A stretch of DNA of 64,000 bases, taken from contig JALGVJ010000010.1 in assembly GCA_029838195.1 (NCBI GenBank), positions 32,001 to 96,000 of the forward strand. The letters run 5' to 3'. Positions 54,554 through 64,000 of the stretch are shown here, in pieces. The notes below the pieces were generated by a model. The model worked only from the letters and a program-made list of their open reading frames with translations, was not told where the DNA came from and ran no database searches. The position numbers and the translations under genes were made by a program. The stretch's first letter is position 1; each line of letters starts with the position of its first letter. Source of the DNA: Promethearchaeota archaeon. Its GTDB lineage: Archaea > Asgardarchaeota > Lokiarchaeia > Sigyniarchaeales > SOKP01.

Positions 54554-55817
54554 CGTGAAGTTCTACTCCTTTTTCGGATTTTCCTAAAATTTTATCGAGA
54601 AAAACGCAACATTTGCAAGTTCCGATAAAAATAATGATGAGAAAAACAGTCGAATAGAAATTGTAAGGAAAATAAGGGGCGGTAAGAAACCAGAAACTCA
54701 TGAATAGTAGATCAAAAAAATTGAGGAAGAAAAAACCTCTTTTAAAATACGGGGTGGTCATCTTAGAATGACGGGGTAAGTTAAACATGAGGATGATTAA
54801 AAGAGGAGTCAGATTTAATAGATGATGGTCCCAAGAATCATAAAATACTAATAATTGGATTAAAATCCCAAGTACATATCCGTAAATTATTTTATATTGG
54901 TTTGGTTTTCCCAAGAGATATGCAAAAAAAGCCACGCCAGCGACAATTGCTCCCACGACAAATAAAATTTGCAGTTGATTGAAGGGAATGTTATAAACAT
55001 AGCAAAAATTAATAATGAGCTTGGTAATGCTAAAAGAAAAATTTATCCGTATGGGACTTGCCCCCGTGAAGTTAGTGATCATGAATCCTTCAAACATTTC
55101 AGGATATAAATAAAATAATAAAACATTCAATGAGCTAGGAATCAACACGCCTAAAATTCTCATGAAGCTTCTTGGAAAATCAAAAATTATTTTTTTTTGT
55201 TTCACGTTCAATTGAATGATCAATAAAAAAGGAACGAGAGCAAGGGAAATGGGTTTAAAAATAATACTAAGTCCTATTAAAATTCCCGCTACTAGCTGCC
55301 ATTTTAGTTGGTTTTTTTTAAGTAGAATGTATAAGGAGAGCAAGATCACGAATATAAAAGGAACATTAAATTGCCCCAATATGTAATTAAACACGTGGGG
55401 TACTCCCATTAAATAAAAACAGGTGTATAATATCACTCTATCATCATTTTTTTCATGGTCGGAATGTCTCACGAATAAAGCAATTTTATATATCAACACG
55501 CTCGTGTAAATGTTAAGAACTAAGCTCAAGGTATTAAAAAGAACAAAACCTAAATCAAATCCCGCCAAATAAAAAGGAATGAAAAAGATCGCAACTAAAG
55601 GCAAATAACGAAAATCCCATAAATAATTATCTTGATTATATAGAATCCTAGGGTCGCTCATGAAAATTTCCCCTGCTTTCATGAAGACGATAAAATCATT
55701 CTGATTTCGAAAGAATATTAATGTCAAAATTACCGCCAAAATAAAATAAAACGAATGTAAAAACACTGCTGCTCGAAATATTTTGAAATTCCATAATTCT
55801 TTTAGCCGTTCCTTCAA
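54540..55817 (-). CDS. GT87/DUF2029 glycosyltransferase (GT-C)
   Basis: NDF.VF..AG, FRYLP, GQFN, FKP, SWDHH. Confidence 0.8.
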   Translation of the reverse strand: MKERLKELWNFKIFRAAVFLHSFYFILAVILTLIFFRNQNDFIVFMKAGEIFMSDPRILYNQDNYLWDFRYLPLVAIFFIPFYLAGFDLGFVLFNTLSLVLNIYTSVLIYKIALFVRHSDHEKNDDRVILYTCFYLMGVPHVFNYILGQFNVPFIFVILLSLYILLKKNQLKWQLVAGILIGLSIIFKPISLALVPFLLIIQLNVKQKKIIFDFPRSFMRILGVLIPSSLNVLLFYLYPEMFEGFMITNFTGASPIRINFSFSITKLIINFCYVYNIPFNQLQILFVVGAIVAGVAFFAYLLGKPNQYKIIYGYVLGILIQLLVFYDSWDHHLLNLTPLLIILMFNLPRHSKMTTPYFKRGFFFLNFFDLLFMSFWFLTAPYFPYNFYSTVFLIIIFIGTCKCCVFLDKILGKSEKGVELHGEKN

Positions 55818-56165
55818 AATGAAAAAACCTCTTCTCGAATTTAAATGGTAGCGCTCAATTTGGAATACTCAATAAGAATTAATTCCTTCATGACATTCCT
55901 TCTTCATAATTTAAAGGGTTTCTTAAGTAAGAATAAAATCTTGACTTCCAAAATATTACATGCTTGAAAAGGTTATTTATCTCAAGCAAATATCACATCT
56001 ATCTCAAACCTTTATTTTCCCTTGAGTTAATGTAAAAGTCAGCAAGAATATTTCTTTTTTATTAATTCGAAAAAATTATTAGGGAGAAATCAAGAATTTC
56101 AAAAATAATATGTAGTGCGGATGATTTTAATTAAGTACATTTACTTTAAATGTTCGTTAAATACC

Positions 56166-56315
56166 ATGAATGATGTAAAAGAGAAAAAACAAATAGATGA
56201 AAAGGAAATAGAGAGAAAACTCGATATCTTGTGGAAAAACTGGGAATCTCGAAGACGATGTGAAAAAACACACGTCCCTAAATTTATTCAACAGGAAAAA
56301 AATGAATCAAATTAA
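56166..56315 (+). CDS. small hypothetical protein
   Basis: 49-aa charged ORF immediately upstream of, and co-oriented with, the NMO gene. Confidence 0.4.
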   Translation: MNDVKEKKQIDEKEIERKLDILWKNWESRRRCEKTHVPKFIQQEKNESN

Positions 56316-56340
56316 ATGTCTAAATACAAGGATTTTATGA

Positions 56341-57231
56341 ATGATGATTTGGCAAACTAAAATAACTAAAATGACTAAAATTAAGTATCCACTCATCATG
56401 GGTGCTTTTGGAGGATGGGGAAAAGCAGAGTTCGCTTCTCATTTCTCTAATGCAGGAGGTTTGGGGATTATCGCAGCACTTAATTTTCCGGATTTTAACG
56501 ATTTTCGAAAAGAATTGTTTAAAATGAAACAACTAACCGATAAACCCTTCGGAATTAATTTGTCTTTACCTCATTCGAATTTAGAAAACCCCAAGAAAAA
56601 GACTCGATCCATGGAAGATTATTTGAACTACGTGGAGATGGCTTTAAAAGAAAATATCACGATTTTTACAACTTCGGGTTATAAAGCTAGCTTTATTGGA
56701 AAGCGTATTCATGAAGGCGGAGGCCTCTGGTTTCATAAATGCGTGCTCATGAAACATGCGTTATCGGCACAAAATGACGGTGCGGATGCAGTCACGATAG
56801 TTGGTCTTGAAGGAACGGGATTCAAGCATCCATTAACAAATACTACATTAATAAACATTACCATGGGGAAAAAATTATTGAAAATCCCCATTATAGCAGC
56901 CGGAGGTATTGGAGATTCTCGAGGTTTTTTAAGTGCACTGCTAATGGGCGCAGAAGCCGTGTGCTTGGGAACAGCCCTCATGGGTACAAAAGAATGTCCG
57001 GTATCCGAAAAAATTAAAAATAAATGGCTGCATCAAGACATATTTTCAAAAGAATTTCATGAAAAAATTTATCTTTATAACACGAAAAATTTCATGGCGC
57101 CTTCTACCGCAATCGGGCATTGTAATAAAATAGTTTCACTAAAAGAATTTATTGATGATCTAATGAAAGGAGCAGAAGATATTTTAAAAAATTGGGGATT
57201 TAAATCAGGCTTTTTTAAAACTATAAGCTGA
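56341..57231 (+). CDS. nitronate monooxygenase/FabK-like flavoprotein
   Basis: SNAGGLG, TDKPFGIN, GLEG.G, PIIAAGGIGD.RG...AL.MGA...GT. Confidence 0.9.
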   Translation: MMIWQTKITKMTKIKYPLIMGAFGGWGKAEFASHFSNAGGLGIIAALNFPDFNDFRKELFKMKQLTDKPFGINLSLPHSNLENPKKKTRSMEDYLNYVEMALKENITIFTTSGYKASFIGKRIHEGGGLWFHKCVLMKHALSAQNDGADAVTIVGLEGTGFKHPLTNTTLINITMGKKLLKIPIIAAGGIGDSRGFLSALLMGAEAVCLGTALMGTKECPVSEKIKNKWLHQDIFSKEFHEKIYLYNTKNFMAPSTAIGHCNKIVSLKEFIDDLMKGAEDILKNWGFKSGFFKTIS

Positions 57232-57372
57232 TTTCCGTTTTTCAAAAACTTAAATTAAGTTTAGAGTTCTAAGCAAGAAGAAAAATTAAAGGAAATTTAC
57301 TTCACCCTACATGATTTTATTTTTATTGACTTGATAATTTTAATAAATACTGCTAATTACTTGTCATGAATT

Positions 57373-57562
57373 ATGAAAAATAACGAAACTTTAAATGTGT
57401 ATGAAAAATTAAGGCAAAAAATGGATCGCTGGCCAACACGTGCTCCAAAATCCAGAGAAATCATTGCAATTCTTTAAGAATTATTTACTCCCCAAGAAGC
57501 CGAACTGCTTACTTATTTTTAAGCTCCCTTAACAGATCGGGCTTCTCCTCGTCTTATTTTAA
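57373..57562 (+). pseudogene. N-terminal remnant of a 4Fe-4S protein gene
   Basis: MKNNETLNVYEKLRQKMDRWPTRAPKSREIIAIL*ELFTPQEAELLTYF*APL; two in-frame TAA. Confidence 0.6.
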
Positions 57563-57582
57563 TTCTCCTCGTCTTATTTTAA
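57543..57582. repeat. 20-bp perfect tandem duplication at the pseudogene break point
   Basis: TTCTCCTCGTCTTATTTTAA x2. Confidence 0.85.
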
Positions 57583-57885
57583 TATTTAAACCAAATGGTA
57601 ATCTATCGAAAAGAAATTAATGCTCTGAAAACGATAAGGTAAGATTCCGGCTAAACTATAAATGGGATCCTATATTTCACGCAAGGGGTATTTCGAAATA
57701 CCACTTAATAAAATTCAAGCTGGACGGGATGGACCGATTTTTTCATTTCACTTCTATAGAATGATTGTTTTTGTATGGGAAGGAGGAATCTATAATATCT
57801 ATTTGATAAAAATGTAGAAAAATCATCACAAAATAAGTAACCTTTTTAAGAATAGAAACCATATTAGATATAAGTGATGAGTGTG

Positions 57886-57960
57886 AATAATACTACAATA
57901 TCGATGTTATTAGTACAAAATCTTTTATTACTGATTATCGAGATTATTGTAGTACTTATT
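57886..57960. promoter_or_regulatory. long imperfect inverted repeat upstream of the FrhB-wHTH gene
   Basis: TACTACAATA (57891-57900) and TATTGTAGTA (57945-57954) perfect core, extended by AATAA/TTATT outside and TCGAT/ATCGA inside. Confidence 0.5.
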
Positions 57961-57964
57961 TTAT

Positions 57965-58020
57965 GAGCGAATGAATTCCGCTTGATCTTTTTCTTTCACT
58001 TGTCCCGGAATCGTTCGCTC
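57965..58020 (+). other. stem-loop, relatively GC-rich for this genome
   Basis: GAGCGAATGAATTCCG ... CGGAATCGTTCGCTC gives a 15-bp stem with one G-U pair and one bulge on the + strand. Confidence 0.55.
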
Positions 58021-58101
58021 GCATGAGACATTTTCAAGAAAAAGATCAAGGTGGGAATTTTTTTCGCCCTTGAAAATAAAGAGAAATATTAGGTAAGGAA
58101 C

Positions 58102-59535
58102 ATGTTAAAAAAAACGGAAAAAAATTATGATTTGAATTCGGATCTCCTCGGAATTGGATTTCAAACCCTAAAGGAGAGCATAGTGAATGAAAATAACTGT
58201 GTTTTATGCGGACTCTGCGCCTCTCTGTGCCCAAGGATCGAAATGAATGAAGTTTCGCCCTTGCTTTTGGAATATGACCCGGAATGTTCAATGTGCTTTC
58301 GCTATTGTACAAGAACTCATTTTCCCATGGATATAGTTGAAAAAGAAATTTTCAATGAAGGAACGAAAAAAGATATCTTGATTGGATATCATCGAGCTCT
58401 TCTGACGGGCAAGAGTACCGATGAGCAAATAAATGATCAAGCCCAAAATGGGGGCATGGTAAGTTCTTTATTAATTAATGCTTTAGAAAAAGGATTCATT
58501 GATGGAGCTCTCTTAACGGCTCGGGAACCCGATTGGAAACCCAAGCCGATTATCGCTAGGACTTCTGAGGAAATTTTGAGTGCTATGGGCTCAAAATATA
58601 CAATGGCACCCTCTTTATTGACCTATCGGGAAGCCATAGATAAATACCATCTTAAAAACTTAGCCTTCGTGGGAATGCCTTGTCAAATAAGAGCCGTGAG
58701 AAAACTACAATTATATCCTCCTCTTTCAGAATCTTTTGGGCAAATATCATTAATAATTGGACTCTATTGTTCTGCTAATTTCTCAGATGACTTACGACAT
58801 GAATACATCAAGAAAAATTTAAATCTATCCTTGAATGATATCAAGAAAATGGATATTTCTAAAGGAAAATTTATTTTAACCAAGGAGGATGGAGTGATTC
58901 TAAAAATTCCCTTGAAAGAAATCCTTCCATACAAATGGCCTGGATGTGAAACATGTAAAGATTATACGGCTGAACTTGCAGATATCTCCATTGGAAGTGT
59001 TGGTGCTCAATCTGATGATTGGAATAGTATTATTATTCGAACTAAAAGAGGAGAGGAAATGTTTAATGATGCTATCAAAAGTAAAAAAATAATGACAAGT
59101 CCGGAAGTTCAAAAATCTCAAATTGAGAAGGCTAGCCTACGAAAGAAGCTGGAAAAAATAAAGATAAATGGGGAAATAATCAAAGCTTTGAATTATTTAA
59201 ACGTATCCGACATTCAAATTAGAATTTATGGAAATTTAGTGTCGTTAAGTGAATCGCCCCTTGAATTATTGAAAAAAGCATTAGATATTAATGATGACAC
59301 CTTGTTGGAAAATTTAAATTCTTTAATGAAGAGAGGTTGGATTTATAAAAATAACGGATATTATTATCCTAATAACCCAAAAGTCGTATTGGAAAAAGAA
59401 ATTAGAGCGTATCAAGAAGAATTTAAGAGACAAATTGAAGAAGTGCGTCAAAAAGCATTAATCCCCTTAAAAAAGATGTTCCTACGCAATAACGCTGAAA
59501 GACTTGAGCTTAATGATTTTATAGATTATCCGTAG
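58102..59535 (+). CDS. F420 hydrogenase/dehydrogenase beta subunit (FrhB/FdhB family) fused to a C-terminal TrmB-like winged helix
   Basis: CVLCGLCASLCP, AQNGG, GSKY, VGMPCQI, IGLYC, CETCKD...ADISIGS; extra ~125 aa with LNVSDIQIRIY..L...LNSLMKRGWI...YYPNNP. Confidence 0.85.
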   Translation: MLKKTEKNYDLNSDLLGIGFQTLKESIVNENNCVLCGLCASLCPRIEMNEVSPLLLEYDPECSMCFRYCTRTHFPMDIVEKEIFNEGTKKDILIGYHRALLTGKSTDEQINDQAQNGGMVSSLLINALEKGFIDGALLTAREPDWKPKPIIARTSEEILSAMGSKYTMAPSLLTYREAIDKYHLKNLAFVGMPCQIRAVRKLQLYPPLSESFGQISLIIGLYCSANFSDDLRHEYIKKNLNLSLNDIKKMDISKGKFILTKEDGVILKIPLKEILPYKWPGCETCKDYTAELADISIGSVGAQSDDWNSIIIRTKRGEEMFNDAIKSKKIMTSPEVQKSQIEKASLRKKLEKIKINGEIIKALNYLNVSDIQIRIYGNLVSLSESPLELLKKALDINDDTLLENLNSLMKRGWIYKNNGYYYPNNPKVVLEKEIRAYQEEFKRQIEEVRQKALIPLKKMFLRNNAERLELNDFIDYP

Positions 59536-59656
59536 AACTTTAAGAAATGAGTTTTTCTTTATTCTTTCTATCTTTTTAATCGCAAATCCTATTCAATTAA
59601 TTTATTTTAAAATATTAAAAAAATCTACGAGAAAACAATCTCGAATTATTTAAAAA

Positions 59657-59896
59657 TTAACGTGGCTCAATCACGCTTTTTTTTTCTTCACGTTCGAGCA
59701 AGCGAATGATTATCATTAAAAAAATGGTAATCGAAAAGGTCATGCTCCAGGAAATTAATAAGATATTGTTAATGGAAATATTAAGCTCGAGAAGTTGGTC
59801 TTTTAACAATATGTATACTGGTATGATTAACAAGTTTAAAATTGCCACTAAAAAGAGACTAACATTCAGATAATTAATGATAATTTTCTTGTTCAT
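59657..59896 (-). CDS. small 2-TM membrane protein
   Basis: 79-aa ORF with two hydrophobic segments. Confidence 0.6.
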   Translation of the reverse strand: MNKKIIINYLNVSLFLVAILNLLIIPVYILLKDQLLELNISINNILLISWSMTFSITIFLMIIIRLLEREEKKSVIEPR

Positions 59897-60107
59897 TACA
59901 AGTTAGTTTATATCATCAACTTATTTTAAGCTTTATTAAAAAGTGGAAAAAATAGAAAAAAAAGTTAAACATTATATAAATCTCTCTCTAAAAGTTAAGA
60001 GCGTGAGAGTACACGATTTAACAAAAATCCTTCTCATGTGATATGGACTTCTCAAGATTGTAAAAAGTTAAACATTTATTAGGAAAGAGATTTAAAATAT
60101 ATTTAAA

Positions 60108-61388
60108 ATGCAAGAGCAATCATTTAAAATATTAATAATACTCACGTTAGTGTCCTCAACACTCTTCAGTATTATTAATCCAATGGCTCGCGAGCTCACG
60201 GCAGCCTTGAATTTAGAAAGTGAAGAGAGAGTGATTTTTGTAAATTCAATATTTTTAATGGTAGCCGCTTTTAGTTCCTTAGCTTGGGCATTCTTGGGAG
60301 ATAGATTTTCTCGTAAAAAACTCTTGCTTGCTGCCACTTTTTCATGGACTCTCTTTACCTTTCTTACCCTTTTTTCCACGGATTTTTATTCTTTTCTGAC
60401 TTTTCAAGCTTGTACTGCTGTTGGATTTGGAGCTATCATCCCCTTAGTATTCTCTTTGACCATTGACCTCATTCCTCCCGCAGAACGAGGCATGAAATTT
60501 GGATATTTGAGTGCAATATACGTGTTGGGAAATGGACTTGGGCAAATTCTTTCGGGAACTTTAATCGATTACTACACGTGGCATGCTCCTCTCTTGATCA
60601 TTTCTATTAGCGGTGTTTTTTGTCTTCTTTCATTATTTTTCTTAGAAGATCCTAAAAGAGAAGAAATAAAAGAACTTGATAAAAAAGCAGAGAATTCAGA
60701 CGATTATTACTTTTATCACGTTAAACTGAATGATTTAAAAAAAATTTGGCAAAAAAAATCCATTTTTTGGATCTTGCTTTTTAACTTTTGCATGTTTATT
60801 GGAATTGGAGCCATCTCCTCCTTTCTCATTTCCATGTTTAAAAAAGATTTTACCCTTCCCTCCTCCATTGCGACCTCCTTATTGATTGTTGTTTTTGGCA
60901 CTCAAGTTCCTTCGGGGTTAATATTTGGGAAAATAGGTGATAAAAAATATGAAATGAAAAAAAGAGGAAGAATCAACGTGGCTTTTACATGCCTATTAAT
61001 GGGCTCTCTAAGCTATATTGCGGGATTTTCCATCGTTTTAATATCAAAACAAGCATTATATTTTTCCTTTTTTCTTGCTTTTCTTATCATGGGAGCATTT
61101 TTTTTTGGAGGGATTGATCCTCTAATTCAAGCAACATTAGGGGAAAGCACTCCTCCCCCCATTCGTTCCACCGTATATTCTATTAATTATTTAACCACAA
61201 CAACACTCGGAAGATCCCTTAGTTTACTTGTATTAGGTCGGTGTTATCTCTTTTTCAATTATCACTATGTACCGGGTTATCTTTTACTCTCCCTAATTGC
61301 TTTCTGTTGCGCCTTGTTTTACTTACCTATATTGAAAAATCTCATTAACGACCTCCAGTGGAATAATAATATAAAAAGTGAAAACTGA
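60108..61388 (+). CDS. MFS transporter
   Basis: LGDRFSRKK motif A; about 12 TM. Confidence 0.9.
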   Translation: MQEQSFKILIILTLVSSTLFSIINPMARELTAALNLESEERVIFVNSIFLMVAAFSSLAWAFLGDRFSRKKLLLAATFSWTLFTFLTLFSTDFYSFLTFQACTAVGFGAIIPLVFSLTIDLIPPAERGMKFGYLSAIYVLGNGLGQILSGTLIDYYTWHAPLLIISISGVFCLLSLFFLEDPKREEIKELDKKAENSDDYYFYHVKLNDLKKIWQKKSIFWILLFNFCMFIGIGAISSFLISMFKKDFTLPSSIATSLLIVVFGTQVPSGLIFGKIGDKKYEMKKRGRINVAFTCLLMGSLSYIAGFSIVLISKQALYFSFFLAFLIMGAFFFGGIDPLIQATLGESTPPPIRSTVYSINYLTTTTLGRSLSLLVLGRCYLFFNYHYVPGYLLLSLIAFCCALFYLPILKNLINDLQWNNNIKSEN

Positions 61389-61426
61389 TCAAGGCAAGCA
61401 CTACAAAAAAATAAAGAAAAAAATTC

Positions 61427-62638
61427 TTAATTAATTATTTTTTTTGCTAATTCTTCTAATTCTTGCTCCGTGATAAATTGTCTTTGTTGAATCTCTTCTT
61501 GGATCTTTTCACGCAAGATTCTAATGTGGGTATCCGTGAAGGATAATCCCATTTTTGTTAACTTTGCTTTAATCGCTCTCTCTTGTAAGGTAGTAGCCCC
61601 AAAAATTAATTTACGACTCTGACCCACGACGTGAGGCTGGAAAAGCTCCCAAAACGTCCAATTACCAATTAATATTTGTTCTACATGTAAATCTGACTCG
61701 TGGATGAAACAATTTTTTCCAACAATCGCTTTATGAGGTTGCAGGGGCACGTTGCTGTATTTTTCAATGAGCCTTGAAACTTCCATGATCTTTTCCAATT
61801 TAATACCCGTATCAATTCCATATAAAATCTCAAGACTCATGATGACCTCCTCCGTGGCTGCATTTCCCGCTCGATCACCTAATCCATTAAATACGACATC
61901 TGCTACTTCTGCGCCTCCTTCTATTCCTGAAAGGGTATTAGCTACAGCTAACCCTAAATCATCATGCGCATGAACTTCTATGGGGATGTTTTTCACGATT
62001 CTTTTTGTAAAAGCAACATATTCTCGAAAAGAAAGAGGAAACATGCATCCATTTCCATCATACACGACAATCCTATCCACACCCGCCTCCATTGCCAATT
62101 TACAAAATTTCTCCCAATATCTTGGAATCACGCGCCCTGAACCAAAAGCCACGTGAGCTCCCATGGATTTAGCAAGTTCAATCCCCTCCGTAATCCTATT
62201 GAATACAGCTTCTTTAGACTTCAAGGCCGGACTTGGAACTAATAAGAAATTTACAGAATCTGCTTCTGCAGCCAAGATATCTTCTACTTCCTTTCTAATA
62301 TCTTCAGCATATAAACGAGCATGGGAGGATAATCGCATGTTGATCCCTTCTTTTTTTAACGCTTTAAACGTTTTCGCGTGTTCTTCAATACCGGCTGCAT
62401 ATCCAACTTCGATTTCCGGAATTCCCATTTCTTCTAATAGTTTAGCAATTTCAATCTTTTGGTCAATAGTGAAATATGTTCCGGGAGTTTCTTCTCCTTC
62501 TCTCAATGTATCATCCTTAATGATAACTTTCTGCGGTAATTTCATTTTATTCCGAATGGATGTTTCAAAATTATAATCAAAACTCCACCATCTCTGGTCC
62601 TTGTCCATTTTCATGGACGCCCAAGCATTAACCCACAT
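61427..62638 (-). CDS. homocitrate/isopropylmalate synthase family (DRE-TIM) enzyme without regulatory domain
   Basis: DDTLREGEE, HAHDDLGLAVAN, GLGDRAGNA, HESD. Confidence 0.9.
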   Translation of the reverse strand: MWVNAWASMKMDKDQRWWSFDYNFETSIRNKMKLPQKVIIKDDTLREGEETPGTYFTIDQKIEIAKLLEEMGIPEIEVGYAAGIEEHAKTFKALKKEGINMRLSSHARLYAEDIRKEVEDILAAEADSVNFLLVPSPALKSKEAVFNRITEGIELAKSMGAHVAFGSGRVIPRYWEKFCKLAMEAGVDRIVVYDGNGCMFPLSFREYVAFTKRIVKNIPIEVHAHDDLGLAVANTLSGIEGGAEVADVVFNGLGDRAGNAATEEVIMSLEILYGIDTGIKLEKIMEVSRLIEKYSNVPLQPHKAIVGKNCFIHESDLHVEQILIGNWTFWELFQPHVVGQSRKLIFGATTLQERAIKAKLTKMGLSFTDTHIRILREKIQEEIQQRQFITEQELEELAKKIIN

Positions 62639-62952
62639 TTATCGTCCCTTTTATTCAATTTATTTTAATTTTTACGGATAATTTATAACATGAAAAATTA
62701 ACATGTTCATATAATTAATTTTTCGCTTGAGCATTGATAAAATTAACTCAGTTTCCAAATGAGCATGGAAAAAAGTTTCATTACATTTTAGGAAAATAAT
62801 AATTCTAAACAACAAATATATATCAATCGCATTGAATTATTGATAATTTGGTTCCGGCCAATTAAGCAGTTAGGAGAAGAAATAGAATGGTAGCAAGTAA
62901 TTTCATCATATGAATGAAAAGCTCCGGTAATGAAATTAACCTTTTAATTTAA

Positions 62953-64000
62953 TTAAATAAACACTTCAGGAATTGTTTGGTCGTTTTCGAATACGGATTT
63001 AATTTTTTTCATCATTTCAGGAATATTTATTTGCTGAGGGCATTTTTCCAAACATTCTAAGCATTCAATACACAAACTTGCAGCGCCTTCATACTCATCA
63101 CCTTGGATTTTCCTGTTTTCAAGCTCTTGAGGTGTTTTTACCATTCTTTCATAAAGATTAGCTATTTTTTTTCGATGTTTTTCTCCCCAATATGCAAGCT
63201 CATTTACAATATTAAAATTCGTTGGAATTGACACACCATTTGGACACGGAAGGCAATATTGGCAATTTGTGCACGGTATGATTTCGAGCTTTCGATAAGC
63301 GGCTCTTAAATCTGCTATGACTTTAAGTTCTTCTTCCGATAAATGATTAATTCCGGAATTCTCAGCGGATTTTACATTTTCGATCACGTGTTGCATGGAA
63401 CTCATTCCACTCAATACAACGGAAACTTCGGGATGGCTCCAAACGAACTGCAAGGCCCAATCTGCTAATGTTCTTTTGATTGGAGCGTTATCAAGGACGT
63501 TTTTAATCTCCGGTTTTGAATCTAATAAATGTTGAGGAATGGCCAACTTACCTCCACGTATTGGCTCCATGATTATTAAAGCTACTTTTTTCTCCCCGGC
63601 ATATCGAACACCTCTCGTTCCCGCTTGATAATTAATGTCAAGATAATTATATTGGATTTGACAGCAATCCCAAGCATGATAATCCAAAATCTCCTTGAAT
63701 ACATCAAAATTATCATGAAAAGAAAATCCAATATACTTAAATAATCCTTTTTCCCTTGCTTTTTCCATCTGTTCAATTAAATCAAGGTTTTTTACCACCT
63801 CAAAACGAAATTGATTCATTCCATGAAAAAGATAAATATCGGGAGTCGTTTGTAATCTTTTAATTTGTCGATTTAGATACCGATCAAAATGATTCGCTTT
63901 TTTTATCATCCAAACGGGTGATTTCGTGGCTAAATAGACCTTTTCTCGGTATCCATCTTGCAGCGCTTTCCCGACAATTGTTTCACTTTTTCCCCCGTGA
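62953..64000 (-). CDS. aldo/keto reductase with C-terminal 4Fe-4S motifs (5' end outside the window)
   Basis: IGFSFH, QIQYNY, MEPIRGG, VLSGMS, CTNCQYCLPCP, CIECLECLEKCP; frame continues to the window edge. Confidence 0.92.
   Translation of the reverse strand, partial: HGGKSETIVGKALQDGYREKVYLATKSPVWMIKKANHFDRYLNRQIKRLQTTPDIYLFHGMNQFRFEVVKNLDLIEQMEKAREKGLFKYIGFSFHDNFDVFKEILDYHAWDCCQIQYNYLDINYQAGTRGVRYAGEKKVALIIMEPIRGGKLAIPQHLLDSKPEIKNVLDNAPIKRTLADWALQFVWSHPEVSVVLSGMSSMQHVIENVKSAENSGINHLSEEELKVIADLRAAYRKLEIIPCTNCQYCLPCPNGVSIPTNFNIVNELAYWGEKHRKKIANLYERMVKTPQELENRKIQGDEYEGAASLCIECLECLEKCPQQINIPEMMKKIKSVFENDQTIPEVFI

Noticed and set aside
57965-58020. Hairpin containing ATGA as a possible SECIS
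   Set aside because: No opposing GA for the kink-turn core, no apical AA motif on the + strand, and no nearby ORF with an in-frame TGA at a Cys position

Overview
AT-rich (roughly 30% GC by eye), gene-dense archaeal chromosomal segment. It is most likely from an Asgard archaeon of the Lokiarchaeia/Promethearchaeota type; this is inferred from a gelsolin-domain protein, a GIFT/IFT52-like protein, many zinc-ribbon and HEAT fusions, Cdc6/Orc1 and XerA. Most of the window is core or accessory metabolism: class I FBP aldolase, PurA, IlvD, AbfD, PfkB kinase, racemases, peptidases, MFS transporters and TrxB. The most unusual parts are: (i) a 4-13 kb cluster with a gelsolin-domain protein ending in a Rho-N/SAP-like motif, a zinc ribbon-LURP/scramblase-fold protein divergent from an archaetidylserine synthase, and two tandem paralogues with a vWA + C4HC3 RING-like + zinc ribbon architecture reminiscent of TFIIH p44/p34; (ii) an F420-oxidoreductase beta subunit (FrhB family) fused to a TrmB-like winged helix, with two long inverted repeats upstream; (iii) an amino-acid racemase/dehydratase/AlaX editing cluster; (iv) a GT-C glycosyltransferase cluster beside trxB-xerA-cdc6. 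Several gene remnants and one small wHTH gene are absent from the ORF track. I saw no rRNA, tRNA, CRISPR array or intact IS element. All family calls are from motif recognition by eye; no searches were run.
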